Both the position numbers and the translations under genes were made by a program. The notes beneath the pieces were generated by a model. It was not told where the DNA came from. It saw nothing but the letters and a program-made list of their open reading frames with translations, and did not search any database. DNA of 64,000 nucleotides from an uncultured virus (IMG/VR IMGVR_UViG_3300050821_011071) (lineage: Duplodnaviria; Heunggongvirae; Uroviricota; Caudoviricetes): the IMG/VR virus record IMGVR_UViG_3300050821_011071; one strand, given 5' to 3'. Shown here in pieces: positions 56,746-64,000 of the stretch (positions are counted from its first letter, which is position 1; every line of letters starts with the position of its first letter).

Positions 56746-57324
56746 TTACTTCGCCTCCGCAATCGAAAGGACCTTGAAGCGACCGCTGATACCGCCATTA
56801 GCGACGCGCATTGCTCCGAGCCCAATGAAATTCCCCGCTTCGGTCAAATGGCGAAGAAGGACATCCTTCGTGATGACCTCATCGAGAACGTGGATATCGA
56901 CGTTCCCTTGCCATTCCTTGACTTGAGGGAACGCCTTGGGCACGCGCTTCGTGCCGCCGGTCATACCATCGGAAGGAACATTTAGCCAAAGAGGCTCAAC
57001 TGCCTCGGCTTTAATGGTCGAACCTTTGCCGTCTTTCAAAGGAATCTGTTCAAAAACCATCACGCCCGACTTGAAGTGCTTCGTGTAGGTCGACTTTCCT
57101 TTGCCGGGAATTTGTTCGCTGAGATATTTCGCGGCGTCGCGAAGGCAGTTTTTCAAAGAGAGCGGGCTAAGCACGACGTTGCCCTGTTCATCTTTGTGCA
57201 ACCGCTCCGACCACGTACGCTCTTCGTACTCAGCGTGTGATTCTTTGTTCAACTTAGGCACAACGTATTGCCGACCGAATAGCATCGGAGTCGTGCCTTG
57301 TAGCTTCACTGTGTATACCTTCAT
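56746..57324 (-). CDS. Stand-alone RAMP/Cas7-like RNA-binding protein (192 aa)
   Basis: N-terminal beta strand VKLQGTTPMLF; P.SLKNCLRDAA helix; C-terminal glycine-rich loop AGNFIGLGAMRVANGGISGRFKV as in RAMP (Cas7/Csm3-type) proteins; no other cas genes in the window. Confidence 0.7.
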   Translation of the reverse strand: MKVYTVKLQGTTPMLFGRQYVVPKLNKESHAEYEERTWSERLHKDEQGNVVLSPLSLKNCLRDAAKYLSEQIPGKGKSTYTKHFKSGVMVFEQIPLKDGKGSTIKAEAVEPLWLNVPSDGMTGGTKRVPKAFPQVKEWQGNVDIHVLDEVITKDVLLRHLTEAGNFIGLGAMRVANGGISGRFKVLSIAEAK

Positions 57325-57806
57325 TTTATTGCCTTTTTCTGCCCGACTTTTGAGTACGGGCTTTTTGGCGGCTCTGCCTCAACTATGCTGTGCGGTCGGA
57401 CTGAGCCTGTGCGAGAGACGGGTGGTGCTGTCCTCGATTTAGCTTCTCCCAACTCTACAGGCGCTATGCTGATGGGTCCGTCAAAACCTATCGGTCGGTG
57501 ATAAACTAATACAGAATCACCGGACAAGATTTCTTTAAGCTTGTGCTGAAAGAAGCTAACCATATCAGGAGATAATTTGTACCACTCGTCTCCGCCGCTT
57601 CCGATGCGATACTCTTCGAAGCGAAAATGAATTTCTGCTTCTAGCGGCTGTCCTCCGATTAAGGTAAAAAGGACCAGCAACTTGCGGTAGTTTCCGGCCT
57701 TGTATCCGGCTGGCCGGTTAACTGGGTCAACTGAATGCCCTATTTTGACTAAGGACGGGTCGCCGCCTTCTTCAATTAGTATATAAACATAATCTGGTCT
57801 TGTCAA
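57321..57806 (-). CDS. GIY-YIG-like nuclease, T5orf172/MUG113 family (161 aa)
   Basis: YVYIL...VKIGHS.DP..R...GN...E.EIH..F...R....EWY; ATGA overlap with the RAMP gene. Confidence 0.75.
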   Translation of the reverse strand: MTRPDYVYILIEEGGDPSLVKIGHSVDPVNRPAGYKAGNYRKLLVLFTLIGGQPLEAEIHFRFEEYRIGSGGDEWYKLSPDMVSFFQHKLKEILSGDSVLVYHRPIGFDGPISIAPVELGEAKSRTAPPVSRTGSVRPHSIVEAEPPKSPYSKVGQKKAIK

Positions 57807-57856
57807 GGTGCACCCTATTGCATCAAATTAAATCACGGCGCTTCGCATCAAGTCGC
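57797..57856 (-). repeat. Ninth, isolated pentamer unit (12 pentamers) at the predicted transcript start
   Basis: + strand gtc-tt gtc-aa ggt-gc acc-ct att-gc atc-aa att-aa atc-ac ggc-gc ttc-gc atc-aa gtc-gc; ends (minus) GACAAGACCA like the array units. Confidence 0.75.
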
Positions 57857-57866
57857 TACAAAAAAT

Positions 57867-57895
57867 ATCCTATCATAAGTACTAGAGCTTGTCAA
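57867..57895 (-). promoter_or_regulatory. Promoter TTGACA-N17-TAGGAT driving the pentamer/nuclease/RAMP/array locus
   Basis: Exact hexamers, 17-nt spacer, TG extension; directly after the polymerase stop. Confidence 0.75.
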
Positions 57896-57898
57896 GCA

Positions 57899-58978
57899 CT
57901 ATTTATGGTAGAACGAATCTTCAAAACCATCAGCACCAAGTAATAAACCCGGGGCCCAACTCACCGGGCGGCTCATAATCTCGACCATATCCTCGACTCC
58001 CGGGCTAAACGGGTCATCCGGAACCAGACAGATTCCTTCGTCGTGAACGTGTCCGACGACCGGCATGTCTTGTTCCTCGAATTCGAGGAGCTTTACCGCG
58101 AGGACATCGCGTGCAATCGCTTGCACAAGATTTTCAAAGAGCTTCCCGCCGTGAGAAGTGGTGTATCCCCAAACCCCGGTGACTTGGTCGGCTCCGGCAT
58201 AAACCAGCGCGGGGCGGTACACCGGACGCTCTTCGCCGGTCTGCTGGTCTTTCTGGGTCCACGGCATCAAAGTATTTTCCATGCGCGCGTCGATGTAATG
58301 CAGGCGGCGACCGCTGGGAAGCTGCATACGCATCAAGCTGTCGCGGCCCGCTATATTGAGCTTATCGATTAGCACGCAGCCGCCGGGACCGACGCGGCGA
58401 GTTGTCGCCGGGTGGTTCGGGTCCATTACGTCAGCGACCGCGTCTTCCAACGTCTTCCAGAACGCCGGAATCTCTGCGTACGCTTCTCGGAACATCCGCA
58501 CAACGAAATGGGCTTGCTCTTGGTCCATCTCGACGCCCATGTTCCACGCGTAGCCCCAAAGGCCGGTGCGGATGCGGTCGTAAACGGTCGGACACGCACA
58601 GTACTTCTTGCCGAATTGCTCTGCATCACACGTCTCGTCGTGTTCCTTGTGCCCGTGCTTCCCGCGGCCCCACTGGCCTCCGCCTAGTCGATAGATAGCG
58701 CCGAGCACGCCGGGCTTCGCGGTCTGACGTTTCTTTTTGGCTTCAATTTGCGCGGCTTCGCCGTTCTTGTCCTTGTAATCGGCCCAAAGTTTTTCGTACG
58801 GGATTCCGTACATCTTACCAGCGAAATCCAAATATGGGTCTTTACCGTTCGGATAAAAGACACCGAAGGGGTCGGTGAACGGTTCGAAAACATTCATGAG
58901 CGGACCACAATCCGCTAACCAAGCACCCACACGGGTCTCAATTGCATTCAGGTCGCAGACATTGAAGCGTTGAATCAC
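57899..58978 (-). CDS. Family A DNA polymerase, C-terminal part (motifs A, B, C)
   Basis: CDLNAIETRV (A), RQTAKPGVLGAIY (B), ENLVQAIARD, HVHDE (C); GTG start overlaps the upstream TGA (listed ORF starts at 58990). Confidence 0.9.
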   Translation of the reverse strand: MIQRFNVCDLNAIETRVGAWLADCGPLMNVFEPFTDPFGVFYPNGKDPYLDFAGKMYGIPYEKLWADYKDKNGEAAQIEAKKKRQTAKPGVLGAIYRLGGGQWGRGKHGHKEHDETCDAEQFGKKYCACPTVYDRIRTGLWGYAWNMGVEMDQEQAHFVVRMFREAYAEIPAFWKTLEDAVADVMDPNHPATTRRVGPGGCVLIDKLNIAGRDSLMRMQLPSGRRLHYIDARMENTLMPWTQKDQQTGEERPVYRPALVYAGADQVTGVWGYTTSHGGKLFENLVQAIARDVLAVKLLEFEEQDMPVVGHVHDEGICLVPDDPFSPGVEDMVEIMSRPVSWAPGLLLGADGFEDSFYHK

Positions 58979-59139
58979 TTTAAAATCCATCCTTCTTTGT
59001 GCTCATCCGTCAGTTCTTCGAATACGTGCGCTGGGTCATCCTTCGTCATAGCCGAGCGAGTCCAGCGCCAGTATGTGCCGCGCCAGTAATACAAAAGCTC
59101 GTTCACTTTATAACCTATAAATGTGAATTCTTCTTTCAT
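58975..59139 (-). CDS. 54-aa aromatic-rich ORF between the two polymerase halves
   Basis: MKEEFTFIGYKVNELLYYWRGTYWRW...; ATGA overlap upstream and GTGA overlap downstream. Confidence 0.6.
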   Translation of the reverse strand: MKEEFTFIGYKVNELLYYWRGTYWRWTRSAMTKDDPAHVFEELTDEHKEGWILK

Positions 59140-60371
59140 GCGACTCTCGGTGCGACGAACACGGTGCGGATGCAATTCTTGATAACAAGCAACACGCTGC
59201 CCGGCTTCCCGGTCTTTTCGTCTTTGAAGCGCTCTTTGATGCCCTCATAATCCTCTGCGTAAATCAACGCGCGAGCATCTTCCAAATTTTTTCGCTTTTC
59301 AAAAGTACCGTCAGGACGAGCAAAATTATGAAGCTGGACAGCGTTACCAGACCAACGACCACAACGGGAAGAACCCATAAATATAAACTGATTCCGTAAT
59401 CTACCATCTGGGCACACCTGTCTCAAGATTGCAGCCAGTTTTGTATAACTGGTGCTCGCGGCCTCGCGGCGCGCTTTCAAAACTTCTCGGCACTCTGGGG
59501 TAATCTTGGTCTCGGGGTCTTTCAAGACCGCGTCGACCGTTTCTTTGCGCAGCGTATTGAACAAGTAGCCGCGCGCTCTCACCCACGGCAAAAGTTGCGC
59601 CTGACTATTCGCGTTCTCTAACCCGGTGAGTTTGTTTTGGCGGTCGAGGGCTTCTTTCTTGGCCCGGAGAGCAAGTCGTAAAGCCTTTTGTACAAAATCC
59701 ACGTCAACAGGCATTCCGCGGTCGTTGACTCTCTGGTCAAATACCCAAAGTTTTCTCTCAAAAGGAGGGAGAGGGAGGGCCCCGAGAATCTCCATTCGTC
59801 GGCTAATTTCTTCTTCGGTGGTAACATCTTGTGCTCCATATTCGCAAAATTCTTTCCACTCTTTGGGGTGTGAAGTCCAGTCGTTGAAATAGACTCCGCC
59901 ACCTTCTTTTTTCTTGCGAGTCTTGGGCAACGAGAATAAATCAATCAGCGCTTCGCCGCGCTTGTCCTTGCGAAGATTTGCGGGCAAATCGAGAACGTCG
60001 CCAACCTCCTCCAAGCTCGCGGGCATCGAAAGATATCGCGCACCGACTTGAGGGTCTAAGAATTTAGAGGCAGGAATTGTGATGCCGACTTTGAATTGCG
60101 TTATGTAGCGCTCAAAAGCAGAGTTGAACGCAGAGAAGTAGTAGTCCGAGCTTGGGTCTGCGATTACTCGAAGAATTGAGCCTAGGGGGTCTGGTAGTTC
60201 TGGGTGGATGTGAGGGAACCACTGGTCGACAAAATTGGTCCCGTGAACCTTATATGAGAGCATAAGAATACCGGTTTCCGGGTGATTAGCGTAATTGTAA
60301 AGACCAACGGAGTTCTTGCCGCTAAGTTCTGCGGTGCCTTTGGTCTCGTAATCGCCTCTCAGTATTCTCAT
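59136..60371 (-). CDS. Family A DNA polymerase, N-terminal part (3'-5' exonuclease and thumb)
   Basis: DYET, AFNSAFER, Y..QDV..E, NDRG..VD, GRWSG..VQLHN, IRTVFVAP; start MRILRG overlaps the primase stop. Confidence 0.9.
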   Translation of the reverse strand: MRILRGDYETKGTAELSGKNSVGLYNYANHPETGILMLSYKVHGTNFVDQWFPHIHPELPDPLGSILRVIADPSSDYYFSAFNSAFERYITQFKVGITIPASKFLDPQVGARYLSMPASLEEVGDVLDLPANLRKDKRGEALIDLFSLPKTRKKKEGGGVYFNDWTSHPKEWKEFCEYGAQDVTTEEEISRRMEILGALPLPPFERKLWVFDQRVNDRGMPVDVDFVQKALRLALRAKKEALDRQNKLTGLENANSQAQLLPWVRARGYLFNTLRKETVDAVLKDPETKITPECREVLKARREAASTSYTKLAAILRQVCPDGRLRNQFIFMGSSRCGRWSGNAVQLHNFARPDGTFEKRKNLEDARALIYAEDYEGIKERFKDEKTGKPGSVLLVIKNCIRTVFVAPRVA

Positions 60372-62362
60372 TCGTCCTCTTGCTTCACTAGCCCGGTCAT
60401 TCGGGTGTCGCGCTTGCCGGGGGTTCGGCTCTCGAAGAACTCGCAAACAATTTCGGCCCTAATGAGCCCTTTGTATGCGCGGTCCCACTCAAACATACCG
60501 TAACGCTGATAATCCAAATTCTTGCAAAGCGCCCGATAAGACATCTTACCACAGTTTTGCTGAAGTTCGCGAATGATTTCTTTTTGAAGGCGGCCTTCTT
60601 TGCTGTCTGCCTCGATTGGAGACAGGAACGCTGCGGCCTGATTGCGGTAATTCACAAGCGCGATAGCACGTTCAACATGTTCATCGTCAATGACAGATGC
60701 GCCCGTATCGATGGCAAAATACACAGCCAGCTTTTGAGCCAAGTCTATCGAGCGCGGGTCCATTCCAACGACTTTCTTAGCAAAAGTTTCCGGGGATTCG
60801 AATTCGAACTTCCCTTGATTAATAGCTTTGTCAACGAGCTGTCGTGTACGAACGGCGCGTTCTACATAGTTTGGGTCTTGGTATGGCGCGGCTGGTTTCG
60901 GCTTCTCCGGGCTGACCACGAAGAACATGCGGTCTTCCAATCCAGAGCTAATACCGGCCAACTTCGGCCAATGGCGGTTGAATCCGCGGTCTGTAGTCGC
61001 CCACAGCCACCCGAAACAATAATCGCCTGATTGAAAACTAAACGCGTTCTTGGGATTGGTGGTGTTGTTGCCAAATAACGCGGAGCCGTACCAACTCAAC
61101 AAGTCGCTTGAGAATGAGGAACTATCAATCCCGGCCTTTGCTACAAATTTTCCCAATTCGTCGTTGAACAAGATGGCGTGCTTCGCGTTCAATCTCTGCA
61201 TCTGAATCCCGAGACCTTCCGGACTCCCCGCTTGCGAAACAGCGATTCTATTATCTGCACTTTTCGAGTCACGTCCTGCGGAGAATAGCATTCCGATGAA
61301 TGTGAAATAATCCATAGCCAACGCGCAGCTCGTGGATTTGAAAAAGCTCCCGTAGGGTGAAATCAGTCCCACGAAGATATTTAAATTTGAAGGACGGATG
61401 CCGACTGTGATGTGCCCGGACAAGTAATTCAACATTATTTGAATTGCAGGCATCGCGATGAACTCAGCATGCTTTGAGCTAGTTGCAATAGCGGGCTCAA
61501 TAAGATTCTCGTAAATCGATGTACCTTTCAAAGCCCAGATAGGAAACTCAGGTCGTGTCGCAGCGGTATTCGTATCAATCTCGGGAGGCGGAGCCAACGA
61601 TACCGCAGTCTGAGAAGCTTGAGTGAAAAGGAGTTCGGTTGGTCTGCCTTCCTCGAAATTACAAATCGAGTGGGCCATTGTGTCGACCTTGGTCCAGTCG
61701 ATTGGGCCTTCGCAGTTCTTATCGACCAATTCACGAAGAGCCACGCGAATAGCTTCTTCCCCGAGGCCTTTGGCTCGCAAGCTTCCGGCTTGGGCCAGCA
61801 TCCAGTTATGGATTTGACCTCGTGGGACCTGCCCAGCCGCGTTACGAACGACTTCCTTATGAGTAGAACCTTTAGAAGAACGTAGACGAGAAAGCAAATC
61901 CGCGGGAAGTGGGGCAATCGCAGCTCTGTGCGCAACTGAGTATTCAGGACCGTCCGGGTGAATTGAAAATGCAGACAGCACGTACCCGCCCGTAGATTTG
62001 ATTTCTCCTACGTGCTCATCCTTGAAAAACATGTTGCCTTGTTCGGACGCGCCTGTGAAATAAACGTGCGTGCCGCGGCTAGTGTTAACGAGCAAGGTCT
62101 CGGGGAGATTTAATTCGGCGGGCGGTTTGCCGTGGTCAAAATCAAGAACAGTTAGATTGCTGCGTCCAAGGTCGATACCAACATTTGCGCGCGGAGCTTT
62201 GGCCCACCATTCACGAATCTGATTAGAGTCGTTTGAAGAAGAATTGAATCCGTTCGGAGCGAGCTCTGAGTGAGGCTTTTTGGTTTTCTCGAAGAGAGGG
62301 AACACGTACCAGCCCTTATCCAGACAAACTAGTGCAGCCGTCAATTGATTGGACTGGGTCAT
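60368..62362 (-). CDS. Bifunctional primase-polymerase (Prim-Pol/PriCT) fused to a degenerate ATPase/helicase-like domain (664 aa)
   Basis: GWYVFPL...K.P; WW..PRANVGI; VLDFD; TSRGTHVYF; GGYV; then SPYGSFFKST and NDELG. Confidence 0.85.
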   Translation of the reverse strand: MTQSNQLTAALVCLDKGWYVFPLFEKTKKPHSELAPNGFNSSSNDSNQIREWWAKAPRANVGIDLGRSNLTVLDFDHGKPPAELNLPETLLVNTSRGTHVYFTGASEQGNMFFKDEHVGEIKSTGGYVLSAFSIHPDGPEYSVAHRAAIAPLPADLLSRLRSSKGSTHKEVVRNAAGQVPRGQIHNWMLAQAGSLRAKGLGEEAIRVALRELVDKNCEGPIDWTKVDTMAHSICNFEEGRPTELLFTQASQTAVSLAPPPEIDTNTAATRPEFPIWALKGTSIYENLIEPAIATSSKHAEFIAMPAIQIMLNYLSGHITVGIRPSNLNIFVGLISPYGSFFKSTSCALAMDYFTFIGMLFSAGRDSKSADNRIAVSQAGSPEGLGIQMQRLNAKHAILFNDELGKFVAKAGIDSSSFSSDLLSWYGSALFGNNTTNPKNAFSFQSGDYCFGWLWATTDRGFNRHWPKLAGISSGLEDRMFFVVSPEKPKPAAPYQDPNYVERAVRTRQLVDKAINQGKFEFESPETFAKKVVGMDPRSIDLAQKLAVYFAIDTGASVIDDEHVERAIALVNYRNQAAAFLSPIEADSKEGRLQKEIIRELQQNCGKMSYRALCKNLDYQRYGMFEWDRAYKGLIRAEIVCEFFESRTPGKRDTRMTGLVKQEDE

Positions 62363-62377
62363 CTTCCCTCGAATAAA

Positions 62378-62406
62378 ATTATAGGGCGTCTCTCCGCCCT
62401 TGTCAA
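62378..62406 (-). promoter_or_regulatory. Consensus sigma70 promoter TTGACA-N17-TATAAT upstream of the primase
   Basis: Perfect hexamers with 17-nt spacing. Confidence 0.75.
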
Positions 62407-62445
62407 GCCTGTTCGTCGGCTTTCACGCGCCCTGTAGGAGGTTTA

Positions 62446-63039
62446 TTAGAATTGAACGTTATTGCTTGCTGGCGGTTGACCGACCGGCTGTCCCGCTGGT
62501 TGAGCCGGGGGCTGCGAGTAGGTTGCAACCGGTTGTCCGTTCGGGCCCGCTTGGACCTTCGGACGGTCCTTCGCACGCACGAAGCCCGTAGGCGTCGGAG
62601 GAATCGGCTGCCCGGGGCCGAGAGGCATGATGCCTACGATGTTGACGTAGAAATCGCCTTGCTTCTCCGGGTTCGGTTCCTTCGTCAGCATCAAGCCATT
62701 CGCGCGCCCAAGCAAAAGCTGCTCTAGTTGCGCGGTCGACGTGATGAGAGGCGGCTGGCCGCCGAGGATTCCGTAAATAATCTTGAACAGATTACGGAAG
62801 AAAGGCTGGGTCGACTTCTCTTGAATTGTTGCGGTCACGTACGCAGTGGCCTGAAATGGCTGTCCCTCCGGGTCCAAGTACTGCTGACCGTTCATCTGCG
62901 TGATGGTCCAAACAATCATCACTTTGTTCTTTGGGCCGTACTTGGTAACGACTCCCGGCTTCTCGACGATGTCGATGATTTTGCCAAGATACATACCAGC
63001 TTCCGGCTTGTAAAATACTTTACCTTGTCCGATTTCCAT
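62446..63039 (-). CDS. Probable ssDNA-binding (OB-fold) protein (197 aa)
   Basis: P.AG.Y.G.I.D; low-complexity P/Q tail ending in F; located in the replication block. Confidence 0.5.
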   Translation of the reverse strand: MEIGQGKVFYKPEAGMYLGKIIDIVEKPGVVTKYGPKNKVMIVWTITQMNGQQYLDPEGQPFQATAYVTATIQEKSTQPFFRNLFKIIYGILGGQPPLITSTAQLEQLLLGRANGLMLTKEPNPEKQGDFYVNIVGIMPLGPGQPIPPTPTGFVRAKDRPKVQAGPNGQPVATYSQPPAQPAGQPVGQPPASNNVQF

Positions 63040-63070
63040 GATTTATCCTTCGCCCGTAGGCTTTTTGATT

Positions 63071-63799
63071 TTATCCTTTGAGTTGTTCTATCGTTACTGA
63101 TTTGTCGAGCACGGATATTTGAAACGGAACTCGATTAGCAAGTTCCTGAACATCCGTTTCCTTCACCGCTTTCCACCAGAACCCAAATGGTGCCGGGGCC
63201 CAGCGGAATTTGTACTTCTTATTCTCCGAGTTCGTATTTGTTCTAGGCGCGTGGCTTTGAACGATTACAGTCGGAATCTTTGCGCGCGCTACAATCGTAT
63301 CTATGTCGTAGCTCATCGCGAGCTTCATTGTGGCTTGTGCGTCGTTTAGTGCGCTGTGTTGCTCCGGGTTGACAAAGCCCTTTTTCGCACACATTGTGAT
63401 AAGTTGCTCGCCTTCGACGCTCGGGATATCTTCCATTGTGTCGACGAGAAGAACCGGCGGAAGCTGAGCGCCCAGTCTCTTCGCCCAGTTCTCGATTATA
63501 GGCCAATCGAAATAACGAATGTTGTGGCCGATGACGGCGTCCGCTTGTTTTACGAACTCAATCAGAGTATTGAGTGCGTCCGCTGGGTCATACCCGAAGT
63601 GGTCAACTGCGGCTTGAGTGATGCCTGTAATGCCGGTAATCTCGGCAGTCACTGCGACACCATCACTTTGCACCAACTGACCGACGCTGTCAAGATATTT
63701 CTTCTGTCCGGTCGAATAAAGGCATACACCTAGTTCGATGACGCGGTCGTTTACCTTGTCGAGTCCGGTTGTTTCTACGTCAAGAGGTGCAAGTATCAC
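63071..63799 (-). CDS. DEDDh 3'-5' exonuclease (DnaQ-like)
   Basis: LDVETTGLD; ITGIT; GHNI.YFD; DTM; HSALNDA. Confidence 0.9.
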   Translation of the reverse strand: MILAPLDVETTGLDKVNDRVIELGVCLYSTGQKKYLDSVGQLVQSDGVAVTAEITGITGITQAAVDHFGYDPADALNTLIEFVKQADAVIGHNIRYFDWPIIENWAKRLGAQLPPVLLVDTMEDIPSVEGEQLITMCAKKGFVNPEQHSALNDAQATMKLAMSYDIDTIVARAKIPTVIVQSHAPRTNTNSENKKYKFRWAPAPFGFWWKAVKETDVQELANRVPFQISVLDKSVTIEQLKG

Positions 63800-63984
63800 G
63801 ATTTCTCTTCCTTGTGCTTAGCGCCTTTAATCGGGTTATCCGGTTGCCCGAAAACAAAAGGGTCGTATGTTGTCTTGGGTGCTACAGCGTGCGGGTTGCC
63901 GAGCTCAACTTTACCGTTTGGTTTTGGATTGAGCATAACTTCGGAACTTGAGGGTGTGTTAGACGAACAGTTAACCATCTTCAT
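63796..63984 (-). CDS. Hypothetical protein (62 aa)
   Basis: GGAAGGA RBS; GTGA overlap with the exonuclease. Confidence 0.45.
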   Translation of the reverse strand: MKMVNCSSNTPSSSEVMLNPKPNGKVELGNPHAVAPKTTYDPFVFGQPDNPIKGAKHKEEKS

Positions 63985-64000
63985 TCCTTCCGCCCACTTA

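Noticed and set aside
55980..56777. Plus-strand ORFs 55980..56285 and 56532..56777
   Set aside because: Antisense to the operon and composed of the pentamer repeats; no RBS or recognisable domain.
56063..57856. Peptide-like readings of NN strings as codon positions 1-2 (e.g. ALAAVLLARAL for the leader unit)
   Set aside because: Almost any dinucleotide string gives a plausible peptide; not evidence without a database hit.
27812..59136. Several proteins ending in -VA (EAVA, LAVA, KRVA, GLVA, PRVA) as a shared degron
   Set aside because: Several of these ends are constrained by GC-ATGA overlaps with the next gene; too few cases to distinguish from chance.
58975..59139. Intron or intein in the DNA polymerase gap
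   Set aside because: No P7 GACTA/TAGTC core, no group II domain V and no intein terminal residues; clean 4-nt gene overlaps explain the region.
1..64000. tRNA/rRNA genes, reverse transcriptase/DGR, alternative genetic code
   Set aside because: No cloverleaf or rRNA-like sequence noticed in the few intergenic gaps, no RT motifs, and genes are full length in the standard code with TAA, TAG and TGA all used as stops.

Overview
64 kb from a tailed dsDNA phage (or prophage) with podovirus-like organisation. The host may be an Acidobacteria-like soil bacterium, inferred only from He_PIG/FN3-type domains. The + strand arm (1-27.5 kb) holds the 3' end of a major capsid gene split by an ORF-less group I intron, a free-standing EndoVII-type endonuclease, tail/adaptor genes, three ejection-type proteins (the last a 2641-aa modular protein) and a glycosyltransferase. 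The - strand arm (64-27.5 kb) holds replication genes (DEDDh exonuclease, SSB-like, primase-polymerase, a split family A DNA polymerase, UvrD, PD-(D/E)xK nuclease), a 9-gene sugar/glycosyltransferase cluster with GDP-colitose-type signatures, lysis enzymes, secreted Ig-domain proteins, RtcB, a BCS1-like AAA ATPase and a serine resolvase. The most striking element is at 56.06-57.9 kb. It is a promoter-driven operon: one pentamer-repeat unit, a GIY-YIG-like (T5orf172) gene, a stand-alone RAMP/Cas7-like gene, then a non-coding array of 8 units. Each unit has 12-15 pentamers of a variable dinucleotide plus a conserved GAY-like triplet, separated by a fixed A/T linker. This looks like a non-CRISPR RNA-guided system with a gapped guide code. 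All family assignments come from motif recognition by eye; no searches were run.
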